Below, one piece after another: positions 47,168 to 56,415 of a DNA stretch of 64,000 nucleotides (positions are counted from its first letter, which is position 1; each line of letters begins with the position of its first letter). Both the position numbers and the translations under genes were made by a program. This DNA comes from Pseudomonadota bacterium (GTDB taxonomy: Bacteria; UBA10199; 2-02-FULL-44-16; JAAZCA01): NCBI GenBank assembly GCA_043798915.1, contig JAZDOG010000102.1, forward strand, positions 23,226 to 87,225, read 5' to 3'. The notes below the pieces were generated by a model. It had not been told where the DNA came from, searched no databases, and saw nothing but the letters and a program-made list of their open reading frames with translations.

Positions 47168-48027
47168 CCGAACATCCCCTTCATCCGCAGGCGATCCCTC
47201 TCCGATATTTCGCGCGCGGGGCACTCCGACATCCAGCCCTTGAGCATCGCCGCCAGGAAGGCCCTTCTGGCGCCTGGGGCGCGCAGGGCCATGTCGATCA
47301 GCGCCGGGTATATCTCTCCTGTGCGCTCCTCCGGCGTGGAGCGCGACATGAGCTGAATGAACAGATCCCCCACGAGCCGATTGCTGCCCGCGCTGTCGCC
47401 GGAGACGACGCCGGCGAGGGTCACGAGCCTCACGCGGTTGTCCGCAATCGAAAAGATATGTTTGATGAGCTGCCTTCCCTCCGCCGGACGCAGGCGCGCG
47501 ACGCGGAGGGATGCGCTGGCAAGCTCGGGCGACGCCTTGATCCTGTGCTCATCCAGACCATCCGCCAGCTCGAAGGCCGCAGCGCTGTCCCCGCATGCGA
47601 TCCTGAGGAGCAGCCCCCACTCGGGCGCGCTTCGATCGCTTTTCTCCGATATCATCCCGATAGCCATCTTGGGATTGTGCGATGCCAGAGAGGCCGCGTC
47701 TGAGAGCTTCTCGGCGAAGAACCTGCGCGCCACCTGCGGCGCGATGGGATAGCAGATGGGGTCGATGACTGCAGCGAAGCTCGTCCTGAAGCCGCCGAAC
47801 CTCAAGGCGATGCGGCCCCATAGGCCAGAATCCATCTTCGCAATCGGAGACGGGGCCTCGTCCGAGGAGTAGGATGATTGGACGGAGGCCGGAGACGGCA
47901 GGGGCGTGGCAGCAGGGCTGATGAATACGGAGGAAACCCTGTCAAAAGCGATGTCGGCCGGGATCTTCATCGAAGGGAGAGCATATGGTGGCAGTTTGCG
48001 AGCAGGCAAGCTTTTTTTAGAACTCAT
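47164..48027 (-). CDS. Hypothetical protein downstream of recF (low-complexity N-terminus, helical C-terminus)
   Basis: ATG 1 nt after the recF stop; fills the gap to the convergent gene. Confidence 0.55.
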   Translation of the reverse strand: MSSKKSLPARKLPPYALPSMKIPADIAFDRVSSVFISPAATPLPSPASVQSSYSSDEAPSPIAKMDSGLWGRIALRFGGFRTSFAAVIDPICYPIAPQVARRFFAEKLSDAASLASHNPKMAIGMISEKSDRSAPEWGLLLRIACGDSAAAFELADGLDEHRIKASPELASASLRVARLRPAEGRQLIKHIFSIADNRVRLVTLAGVVSGDSAGSNRLVGDLFIQLMSRSTPEERTGEIYPALIDMALRAPGARRAFLAAMLKGWMSECPAREISERDRLRMKGMFG

Positions 48028-48028
48028 T

Positions 48029-49141
48029 TCAAAGCGCCATGGCGTGGCCCGAGGCCACCTCGAAGCGCTTGGCCCCGGAAAGGTGGGTGGCCCAAAGGCT
48101 CCCGGCATCGGTGGCCGTCACGAATACCTGCCCGGCGACATTGCCCAGATAATCGAAGAGAAAACGGCTGCGCTCCGAATCGAGTTCGCTGGCCACATCG
48201 TCCAGAAGGAGGATCGGCTCATCCCCCAGGGCCTCCCTCAACAGCTCCATCTCGGCGATCTTGAGGGCCAGGACGAACGACCTGTGCTGCCCCTGCGAGC
48301 CGAAGTGCCGGACGGCGGCGTCGCCGATCCTCGCCTCCAGGTCATCCCTGTGAGGACCCACGAGCGTGGTCCCGCGGTCGATTTCGTCGGGCCGCCTCTC
48401 TGCGAGCGCGAGTTCAAGCGCCTTCCTGACGGCTGCCTCTCCATCCTTCACCGCCTCCTCGCCACAGTGCGGACGATAGAGAAAAAGCGCCGAGGCGTCC
48501 TGCGGGGCGATTGCGGCGTATTTGTGGGGGATGATCCCGTTGAGCCTCTCGCACCAATGGCTTCGCTCTACCGATATCCTCGTGCCGAGCTCGATGAGCT
48601 GCCCGTCCCAGGCGGCGAGTTCCCTCTCAAGTGAGGGCGGGGGGAGCCCCTCCTGCAGAAGACGGTTCCTGTGGCTTACCACGCGCTCGTAGCGGCCCAC
48701 TACGCCGCGGTAGGATGGTGAGAGCTGTGCGATGAGTCCGTCGATGTGCCTGCGCCTCGCCGAGGGCGAGTCGCGAAGGAGGATTATCTCCTCCGGCGCG
48801 AAGATGACCGTCCCGAGGCCCACGAACCCCCCGGGCCTCGACCTCTTGGAGTTCCTGTAGAATATCTTGGCGGCCGGGTCCATGTTGACCCTGAGTTCGT
48901 CCGAGCCGGCGCTGCCAGATGAAGAAGCCGTAACCCTGGCGGCCTCGCAGTCGCTCCTGATCATATCCCTGAATTCAGAGGTGCGAAAGGACCGTCCGGT
49001 CGCCAGGAGCCCGACCGCCTCCACGATGTTGGTCTTCCCCTGCGCATTCATGCCTATGAGGAGATTGAAATGCGGATCGAGCTCGACGTGTTCATCGGCG
49101 AAATTACGGAAGTTTTTGAGATGGAGGGACTCTAAATACAT
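48029..49141 (-). CDS. recF: DNA replication/repair protein RecF
   Basis: NFRNF, GMNAQGKTN, GPHRDDL, SQGQHRS, LLDDVASELD. Confidence 0.98.
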   Translation of the reverse strand: MYLESLHLKNFRNFADEHVELDPHFNLLIGMNAQGKTNIVEAVGLLATGRSFRTSEFRDMIRSDCEAARVTASSSGSAGSDELRVNMDPAAKIFYRNSKRSRPGGFVGLGTVIFAPEEIILLRDSPSARRRHIDGLIAQLSPSYRGVVGRYERVVSHRNRLLQEGLPPPSLERELAAWDGQLIELGTRISVERSHWCERLNGIIPHKYAAIAPQDASALFLYRPHCGEEAVKDGEAAVRKALELALAERRPDEIDRGTTLVGPHRDDLEARIGDAAVRHFGSQGQHRSFVLALKIAEMELLREALGDEPILLLDDVASELDSERSRFLFDYLGNVAGQVFVTATDAGSLWATHLSGAKRFEVASGHAMAL

Positions 49142-49156
49142 AGCTGACAGCTGATG

Positions 49157-50266
49157 TCACAGCCTCATCGGCATGATGACGTGCGTGAATCCCTTGTCGG
49201 TCTCACTTCGAAGGACGCACGGCGCAGTTTCGTCGCCCATCTCGAGCACCGCCATCTCATCGTTGACAGAGGCGAGGGCATCCAGAAAATATTTGGCGTT
49301 GAATCCCACTTCGAAGGATTCGCCCTTATAGGTCGTCTCGATCTCCTCGCGGGCCTCTCCGAGGTCGGGGTTCGAGCTCGATATATCGATGTTCTTCGAC
49401 GACACAGCGAACTTCACCCCGCGCGATCGGTCGGTCGAAAGGACCGAAACCCTCTTCAGGGCATGGATGAGGTTGTCCCTTTGAACCTGGACCACCCTCT
49501 TGGATTGCTTTGGCACCACCTGCTCATAGGGCGGGAACTGGCCGTCGATCAGCCTCACAACGAGCGTCACGTTGCCCTTGTAGGCCATGATGTGTTTTGA
49601 ATCCACCCATAGGTCCAGAGGCTCGTCGCCTGAATCCACAAGCTTCTTTATCTCCTGCACTCCCTTGCGGGGAATTATCGCGCCCTTCTGGATGGAGCAC
49701 TTCGTCCCCACGTCCCTCTCGACGATGGAGAGCCTGTGGCCGTCCGTCGCAACCATCTTGAGCTTCGTCTTGTCCTTCCCTGTCGGATCCACATAGACGC
49801 CGTTCAAATTAAATCTCGTCTCATCCGTGGACATCGCGAATGATGTCTTGTCTATCATCTGGCTGAGCAAGCTTCCGTCTATCCTCCACACATCCCCCTG
49901 CCCGCGCGTCGGGAGGGCGGGAAACTCCTCGGAGGATAGTCCGACGATCTTATAGCGGCTCTTGCCGCAGCTCATCTCTATCCAGTTGCCATCCTTGACC
50001 GCTATATGGACCGTGTCATCCGGCAGCTCTCTCGCAATATCGTAGATGCTCCTGGCGTGGACGGCCACTTTGCCATTGGCGATAACATCTGCCGGATAGG
50101 TGCAGTTTATTCCAACCTCAAGGTCCGTCGCTGTGATGGAAAGTTTTTTTGCAGTGGCCTCGAGCAGGACGTTGACGAGAATCGGCATCGTCGTCTTCCT
50201 CTCGACGATTCCCTGGACCAGCCCCAAACCTTTGAGAAGTTCACCTCTGGCTATTTTTATTTCCAT
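49157..50266 (-). CDS. dnaN: DNA polymerase III beta clamp
   Basis: ATDLE, DETRFNLNG, ATDGHRL, IMPMRL. Confidence 0.99.
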   Translation of the reverse strand: MEIKIARGELLKGLGLVQGIVERKTTMPILVNVLLEATAKKLSITATDLEVGINCTYPADVIANGKVAVHARSIYDIARELPDDTVHIAVKDGNWIEMSCGKSRYKIVGLSSEEFPALPTRGQGDVWRIDGSLLSQMIDKTSFAMSTDETRFNLNGVYVDPTGKDKTKLKMVATDGHRLSIVERDVGTKCSIQKGAIIPRKGVQEIKKLVDSGDEPLDLWVDSKHIMAYKGNVTLVVRLIDGQFPPYEQVVPKQSKRVVQVQRDNLIHALKRVSVLSTDRSRGVKFAVSSKNIDISSSNPDLGEAREEIETTYKGESFEVGFNAKYFLDALASVNDEMAVLEMGDETAPCVLRSETDKGFTHVIMPMRL

Positions 50267-50280
50267 GGGCGCCTCGCCTG

Positions 50281-50533
50281 TTGTTGTTTAAAATATATTA
50301 AATACAAAACCAGTAGTAGTAGTAGTAGGACTGGATATGTTTATAAACCAAAAAATCACGATGTCCTTCGTCCACTTGTCCGCCCCAGGTTAATGCTGAT
50401 CAGGATGTGGAAGAATGCGCGCCTGCGGATGTTTTCAGAATGCAGAATGAGAAGTAGTCCACCGACTCAAGGGTTGTCAACAGACAATTGAGAGAGATAC
50501 ACAGGAAATCAACATGGGGGTGTGGGCAAGTTG
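50281..50533. other. oriC: oriC unwinding region between dnaA and dnaN
   Basis: AT cluster 50286-50309, (TAG)5 DnaA-trios 50314-50328, box TGTTTATAA 50338-50346, further degenerate boxes at 50406, 50474, 50521. Confidence 0.85.
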
Positions 50534-51874
50534 TTAGTGCAGGATGTCTTTTTCGATGACGGCGATGTCGCTCTGGAGATGGGCGTCCTCCTCGATGAGT
50601 TTTTCGATCTTCCGGCAGGCGTGCATGACGGTGGTGTGATCCTTCCCCCCGAACTTGTTGCCTATCTCCGGGAAAGATGAACGCACGTGCTTCTTGCAGA
50701 GATACATCGCCACCTGTCTCGGGTGGGCGAGCATCTTCGTCCGCCTTGGAGATTTGAGGTCGGAGATGTTTATTTTGTAGTAGTCCGCTACGATCTTCTG
50801 GACGGATTCTATCGTGCAGTTTCGCTCCCTCTCTTCGAGGGCCTTGCCGAGGATCTCCTGCGCGAGTCCGATGGTCATCTGGGCGCCCGTGAGCGATGCG
50901 AAGGCGTTTATCCGGATGAGAGAGCCTTCGAGTTCCCTCACGTTGGTCCTGATCGAGCTTGCGAGGAACATCGCCACGTCGTCCGGGCACTTGAGGCATG
51001 AAGCCTCCGCTTTCTTGCGGAGGATGGCGATGCGAGTCTCGAGGTCCGGCGGGCCGATGTCGGCGATGAGCCCCCATTGAAATCTCGTGCATAGCCTCTC
51101 ATCTATCCCCTTGATGTCCTGCGGGAGGCGGTCGCTGGTGACGACAATCTGCCGGCCGGAGCCATGCAGGGCGTTGAACGTGTGGAAAAACTCCTCCTGG
51201 GTCCTCTCCTTCCCCCCCAGGAACTGAACGTCATCCAGGAGGAGGACGTCGCAGCGGTCTCGGTGCTTCTTTCTGAAATCTTCCATCCTCTCATTCCTCA
51301 GCGCATTTATCAGCTCGTTCATGAACTTCTCTGCGCTGGCATAGTGGATGTGCATCTGGGGATGCGTGGCCATGAGCTGGATGCCTATGGCATGCAGGAG
51401 GTGCGTCTTGCCGAGCCCCACGCCGCCATAGATGAAGAGCGGGTTGTAGTGACCCCCGGGGAGGTCCGCGACCGCCTTGCATGCTGCGTGGGCGAACTGG
51501 TTTGCGGAGCCGACGACGAAGCGATCGAAGCTGTACTTGGGGTTCAGCGGCTCCACCGACCTCGCCCGCGGGACCGCCTGCGGCTCCCGATTTTCAGATG
51601 CCGCCGCCGGCGCGCGAGGAGGCTCGTCCGGCGCTATTTCATAGCTGAGTCTGTAATTCATCTGCGTCAGGGAGAAAAGCTCCTGGCGGATCAGATCGCT
51701 GTAGTAGTCGTTGATCCAATCGGCGACGAATTTGTTCGGGACGACGAGGACGAAGGCCCCGTCTTTGACGTTTGCATCGACTATTGGATTGAACCACGTG
51801 TTATAATTCAGCTCGCTGATCTTGCCCTTGATCGATTCCCTGAGCTGTTCGAAGACTTGATTCATAATAGGCAT
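50534..51874 (-). CDS. dnaA: Chromosomal replication initiator DnaA
   Basis: YNPLFIYGGVGLGKTHL, LLDDVQF, NVRELEG, FGGKDHTTV. Confidence 0.99.
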   Translation of the reverse strand: MPIMNQVFEQLRESIKGKISELNYNTWFNPIVDANVKDGAFVLVVPNKFVADWINDYYSDLIRQELFSLTQMNYRLSYEIAPDEPPRAPAAASENREPQAVPRARSVEPLNPKYSFDRFVVGSANQFAHAACKAVADLPGGHYNPLFIYGGVGLGKTHLLHAIGIQLMATHPQMHIHYASAEKFMNELINALRNERMEDFRKKHRDRCDVLLLDDVQFLGGKERTQEEFFHTFNALHGSGRQIVVTSDRLPQDIKGIDERLCTRFQWGLIADIGPPDLETRIAILRKKAEASCLKCPDDVAMFLASSIRTNVRELEGSLIRINAFASLTGAQMTIGLAQEILGKALEERERNCTIESVQKIVADYYKINISDLKSPRRTKMLAHPRQVAMYLCKKHVRSSFPEIGNKFGGKDHTTVMHACRKIEKLIEEDAHLQSDIAVIEKDILH

Positions 51875-51906
51875 TAATTCACAATCTTATCCACATCTGT
51901 GGATAA
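51875..51906. promoter_or_regulatory. DnaA box cluster upstream of dnaA
   Basis: TTATCCACA 51887-51895, TGTGGATAA 51898-51906, TAATTCACA 51875-51883. Confidence 0.92.
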
Positions 51907-52122
51907 CTTATTTGGTCCTGCGTTGAACTTGATTTCATCCCCTGCGGTTTTCCAAGGACATCGAGCTTTGATTTCCTAATGCGAAGGGGGAATTCTTTGC
52001 AAGATAAAAAAATAAAATTCGAATGCGGAAAATCAGAGGCAAGAGAATCGCCTTGACTCACCAGTTGAAATAAGGTCTCTATCCCCGCGTTCTTGCGGGG
52101 ACTTGGAGGAAGGCGGCAGATC

Positions 52123-52263
52123 ATGAAGAGAACCTATCAACCGAGCAAGCGAAAGCGTAAAAACGTGCATGGATTTCGCCAGCGGATGAAGACCGCGGGC
52201 GGGAGAAAGGTTCTCGCCAGACGGCGGCGCCTCGGCCGGAAGCGGATCGGCGTGAAGCTATAG
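52123..52263 (+). CDS. rpmH: 50S ribosomal protein L34 (not in ORF track)
   Basis: [46 protein letters not shown]. Confidence 0.98.
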   Translation: MKRTYQPSKRKRKNVHGFRQRMKTAGGRKVLARRRRLGRKRIGVKL

Positions 52264-52279
52264 TCGCGGTGCGTTTTCG

Positions 52280-52627
52280 ATGCCCCGATTCCCAAAATCC
52301 AGGCGGCTCTTGAAACCCGTCGAGTTCGGCGAGGTGAAAAGACGTGGCGTTTGCGCGCGCGCGGGGGTCGTCTCTGTCGCCTGGCTTGGGAAGGATGGAG
52401 TGCGGAGGTTGGGCATCGTCGCCTCGCGGCGGGCAGGCAACGCCGTCGAGCGAAACAGGTTGAAGCGCGTCATCCGCGAATTCTTCCGCATGGAGGGCTG
52501 CCCGTTTCCGATGGGAGATTGCGTCGTCGTGCTCGCCCCCGGCGCGGGGGCGTTCGACAACTTCCGAATAAGGGCCGACCTCGGACGGGCGCTGGAAAAA
52601 ATCAAATGGTTTCGATCTTGCGCATGA
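52280..52627 (+). CDS. rnpA: RNase P protein component
   Basis: FPKSRRL, RLGIVASRRAGNAVERNRLKR. Confidence 0.95.
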   Translation: MPRFPKSRRLLKPVEFGEVKRRGVCARAGVVSVAWLGKDGVRRLGIVASRRAGNAVERNRLKRVIREFFRMEGCPFPMGDCVVVLAPGAGAFDNFRIRADLGRALEKIKWFRSCA

Positions 52628-52836
52628 TGTTCGCTGTCTATCGCACGGCGATCTCTCCCGTTCTCGCGGGGCTCGGTTGCGGCTGTCGCTTCCACCCGTG
52701 CTGCTCGGAGTATGCCAGGGATGCATTTCTTTTGCATCCGCCAGGCCGCGCGATTTTGCTGGTGGCGAAAAGGCTCCTCCGCTGCGGTCCGTGGCATCCC
52801 GGCGGGATAGACCGCCTGCCAGTCATTTCTGCATGA
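52606..52836 (+). CDS. yidD: Membrane protein insertion efficiency factor YidD
   Basis: YRTAISP..CRFHPCCSEYA..RLLRCGPWHPGGID. Confidence 0.93.
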   Translation: MVSILRMMFAVYRTAISPVLAGLGCGCRFHPCCSEYARDAFLLHPPGRAILLVAKRLLRCGPWHPGGIDRLPVISA

Positions 52837-52846
52837 AAGGGAAAAG

Positions 52847-54559
52847 ATGAAACCCGAACACAGAACTATCATTGCGGTAGCGCTATCGGCGGCCTTCTTT
52901 ATCCTGTGGATCACGGTGATCAATCCGTCGAAAAAACCACCCCAGGATGCGACGGCGCCGGCGGCCCAGACGGCGCCGGCGGCAAATCCGCAGGGCGCAG
53001 CAGCGGCGCCGACGGTCGCTGGGACGCAGGCGACAAATCCTCCGTCTGCTCCGGTCGCTTCCGGACCGGCTGATCCGCAGGCGAAGCTGCCTGTCAAGAC
53101 GTGGACGATAAAGAACGACCTCGTGGAGGCGGAGCTCACGAGCGATGGCGCGGTGCTCGCCAGCTATCGAGTCCTCAAGTACAGGCAGACCACAGACGCG
53201 GGGAGCCCCGCGATCGACCTGGCGGCGAGTTCCGTGGGGTTGCCTCCGGCGCTCTCGCTTTTGTTAGAGGGGGCCAACTTCGCGTTCCCTGTTCGGGCCC
53301 ACTTCGAGCTCGTCTCTGCAGATGAATCGAAGGCCGTCTTCGAGTGGCGCTCCCCGGAGGTCGTGGTCGTGAAGACGATCTCGATTCCCAAGGACAGCTA
53401 CGTCGCCGACGTGTCGGTCGAGGTGAAGAACCGCACCTCCCGCGCGCTGTCAGCGCGGGCGCTCCTCGCATGGAGCGGCATGACGCCGCCGCCCAAAAAG
53501 GGAGGGTTCTTCAGTTTCTTAAAACAGCCGTCCTCCGACACGAAGGATCCAGTCTATTACATCAACGGTTCCGTGAAGCGCGAGACAAACCCGGCGAAGA
53601 TCGGCGCCAGGTCCGAACAGTCGGGCAGCGTCCTCTGGTCCGGCGTCGAGAGCCGCTATTTCTTAAGCGCCGTGATACCGCGCGTGCAGGGCGAGGGCCT
53701 TTCGGTCGAATACGGCTCCGCAGAGCTTTCGGCTGAACCGGCCGGAACGCGCGGTGTATGGGCCGGCGCGGCACTCCCGCAGTTCACGGCGGTGCCGGGC
53801 GAGGCGGCCGTGCAGCGCTTCTCCGTCTACGCTGGCCCCAAGGAGATAAACCAGCTCAAGGCCGTGGGGGTGAAGCTCGACGAGGCGATTGACTACGGCT
53901 GGTTCACGGTCATCGCGGTGCCGATCCTCTATCTGCTCAAGTTCTTCTACGGCGCGATCAGAAACTACGGGGTCGCGATCATCCTCCTCACGATCTTCGT
54001 CAAGCTCCTGCTCCATCCGGTGAACATCAAATCGCTCAAGTCGATGAAGGAGATGCAGAGGCTCCAGCCGAAGCTCAAAGAGCTGCAGCAGAAGCACAAG
54101 GGCGACAAACAGCGCATAAATCAGGAGACGATGCAGCTCTTCCGCGCGCACAAGGTGAACCCGATGGGAGGGTGCCTCCCGATGCTCCTGCAGTTCCCGA
54201 TCTACATCGCCCTCTACAAGGTGCTGTGGAACTCGATCGAGCTCTATCACGCGCCGTTCTTCGGGTTCTACCGGGACCTCTCCGCGCCGGATCCGTATCT
54301 CATCACGCCGATACTCCTCGGCATCTTCATGGTGGCGCAGCAGAAGCTGATGCCTTCGGCTTCGGCTGACCCGGCGCAGCAGAAGATGATGATGTTCATG
54401 CCGATCATGTTCGCCGGCTTCATGCTCTTTCTGCCGGTCGGGCTAGTCGTCTACATCCTCATCAACACCGCGATGAGCGTCACGCAGCAGTGGATGTACA
54501 ACAAGGGGATCAGATATCGCGATCTAATCAGGGGAAAGTGGCTGCCAAGGTCTGCTTAG
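52847..54559 (+). CDS. yidC: Membrane protein insertase YidC
   Basis: YAGPK, DYGWF, NYGVAIILLT, VNPMGGCLPMLLQFP, DLSAPDP. Confidence 0.98.
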   Translation: MKPEHRTIIAVALSAAFFILWITVINPSKKPPQDATAPAAQTAPAANPQGAAAAPTVAGTQATNPPSAPVASGPADPQAKLPVKTWTIKNDLVEAELTSDGAVLASYRVLKYRQTTDAGSPAIDLAASSVGLPPALSLLLEGANFAFPVRAHFELVSADESKAVFEWRSPEVVVVKTISIPKDSYVADVSVEVKNRTSRALSARALLAWSGMTPPPKKGGFFSFLKQPSSDTKDPVYYINGSVKRETNPAKIGARSEQSGSVLWSGVESRYFLSAVIPRVQGEGLSVEYGSAELSAEPAGTRGVWAGAALPQFTAVPGEAAVQRFSVYAGPKEINQLKAVGVKLDEAIDYGWFTVIAVPILYLLKFFYGAIRNYGVAIILLTIFVKLLLHPVNIKSLKSMKEMQRLQPKLKELQQKHKGDKQRINQETMQLFRAHKVNPMGGCLPMLLQFPIYIALYKVLWNSIELYHAPFFGFYRDLSAPDPYLITPILLGIFMVAQQKLMPSASADPAQQKMMMFMPIMFAGFMLFLPVGLVVYILINTAMSVTQQWMYNKGIRYRDLIRGKWLPRSA

Positions 54560-54589
54560 AATTTTGTGTCGACGCATGGGGTGAATGAC

Positions 54590-55366
54590 ATGACCGATAT
54601 TGGTTTGAGAAAGAGGATACAGAAGCTCTGCCTTTCTTTGCGCGAACTCACGGAACCCCAGCTTGAATTCATTGAAAGCATTGTCGCGCAACTGCGAAAG
54701 CGTTTCGTGAGGATAGAGCGCAATTCGAGGTCGGACATCGTCGACGAGAAATTTTTGCGGGATTTCGGCGACGTGCTGCGCATTCATCACTGTTTGTCGA
54801 AGGAAGCGTTATCGAAGGATCGCTTTGAATATGCCTTTGAAAGGACACTCAACCAGCGCGGGAAGAAGGCGGAATTAGCCCCATCCCGCGCGCGCCCTGG
54901 TTACGACATAACAATTGATGGCGAACCTTGCTCATTGAAAACGCAGGCCGACAAGGAAATTAAAGACGAGGAAGTCTATATTTCTAAATTCATGGAGCTC
55001 GGAAAGGGCAGATGGTCGGGTTCGGTCGAGGATTTCATTGGCTTGAGAGAGCAGTTTTTGAAGCACATGAAGGCGTACGATCGTATTTTTTCGCTGCGAT
55101 CTCTATCAAGTGGACCTGGGCGAAGGAAATATGAGCTTGTGGAAATTCCAAAGACCCTCCTCCGGGAGGCCCGCAATGGCAAGATTACAGTTTGCAAAGA
55201 AAGCAGACAGAAACCCAAACCAGGATACTGCAACGTTTCAGGCGCCGGGGGCAAACTCAAATTTCAGCTCTATTTTGATGGCGGGACAGAAAGAAAATTA
55301 CAAATCAAACACATCCAGAAACACCTCTGTACCGTTCATGCCCGGTGGGAATTTGACGCGGATTGA
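54590..55366 (+). CDS. Type II restriction endonuclease, SmaI-like
   Basis: Motifs recalled from R.SmaI: FGD.L..HH, PG.DITID, LKT, SK.MELGKG.W, Y.LVEIPK, KPGY, LYFDGG.ERKLQIKH. Confidence 0.8.
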   Translation: MTDIGLRKRIQKLCLSLRELTEPQLEFIESIVAQLRKRFVRIERNSRSDIVDEKFLRDFGDVLRIHHCLSKEALSKDRFEYAFERTLNQRGKKAELAPSRARPGYDITIDGEPCSLKTQADKEIKDEEVYISKFMELGKGRWSGSVEDFIGLREQFLKHMKAYDRIFSLRSLSSGPGRRKYELVEIPKTLLREARNGKITVCKESRQKPKPGYCNVSGAGGKLKFQLYFDGGTERKLQIKHIQKHLCTVHARWEFDAD

Positions 55367-56271
55367 ATTGGAAGGTGCAGCACCGGATGAGAATTCCTCA
55401 CCCGTTCGAGCGCGATATCGACATACTCTGGATTAAGTTCGATACCTATGCAACGTCTCTGAAATTCTCGACACACGATGCCGACCGTGCCTGATCCAAA
55501 AAAAGGGTCGAGCACTTTTGAACCACGTTCCGAACCCGCTAAAAGACAAGTCTTAACAAGGTCGGGAGGGAAAACGGCGAAATGCGCACCGTGAAATCCA
55601 TTTGTATTGACGTTCCAAACGGTCCGACGATTTTTTTGATCCTGGCCGTTCGTCGATAATTCTTGGATGGCTTTGTAGTCATAATAATATGACTCCGCCT
55701 TGCTCATGAGAAAAACATATTCGTGCGATCTTGTTGGACGATCTTTGACGGACTCTGGCTGGCAATTAGGCTTATTCCAGATGATATCAGAACGCAGAAA
55801 CCAGCCATCGGCTTGAAGGGCCAGGGCGAGGCGCCAAGGGATGCCGATCAAATCCTTCGGTTTCAGGCCGCTGGGCGTCGGAGGGCGATAGCTCATCGCG
55901 CGTGCGGGATTTTTTTTGTCGGCGTCTCGCCATCGTCGGTTGCCGCTTGTGTAGGAATCACCGAGATTGAGCCAAAGAGTGCCATCTTCGCGCAAAGTCC
56001 GGCGAACTTCACGGAAGATGGAAACTAAATCACGAATATATTCTTCTGGATCATCTTCGGCGCCTATCTGTCCGCCGATTCCATAATCACGCAGTCCCCA
56101 ATATGGCGGACTGGTGATGCAACACTGGAAGTAGTTATCCGGGATTTTGCTCAAAACTCTTCTGGAATCACCCTGAACGATTTGAATGTCATCCGCATTA
56201 TACAACATTCGAACGCACAGCTTTTCCTGCTCTTTGTACATTTTTACAATGGATTTAGCTGGCGAGCTCAT
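55336..56271 (-). CDS. N4-cytosine DNA methyltransferase, M.SmaI/M.Cfr9I-like (start uncertain)
   Basis: TSPPYWGLRDY, GTLWLNLGD, KPKDLIGIPWR, HFAVFP, VLDPFFGSGT; convergent with the REase. Confidence 0.9.
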   Translation of the reverse strand: MSSPAKSIVKMYKEQEKLCVRMLYNADDIQIVQGDSRRVLSKIPDNYFQCCITSPPYWGLRDYGIGGQIGAEDDPEEYIRDLVSIFREVRRTLREDGTLWLNLGDSYTSGNRRWRDADKKNPARAMSYRPPTPSGLKPKDLIGIPWRLALALQADGWFLRSDIIWNKPNCQPESVKDRPTRSHEYVFLMSKAESYYYDYKAIQELSTNGQDQKNRRTVWNVNTNGFHGAHFAVFPPDLVKTCLLAGSERGSKVLDPFFGSGTVGIVCREFQRRCIGIELNPEYVDIALERVRNSHPVLHLPIQSASNSHRA

Positions 56272-56415
56272 GGTGAGAGGAGAAGGCACTATTACAAATA
56301 AATCCGCGTGGTTAGAAGATAGAAGACGCGTACACCAAACATTGAATTATAGCAATAAGAATGACACGGTTTTGGATAAGAAGAATTGCGGCCAAAAAGG
56401 CACGGCAGAGAAGCT

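Noticed and set aside
48621..48653. REP-like G/C runs inside recF
   Set aside because: Too short and divergent; RecF length is normal.
52951..52983. Tandem gacggcgccggcggc repeat in yidC
   Set aside because: Encodes an ordinary Ala/Pro/Thr linker.
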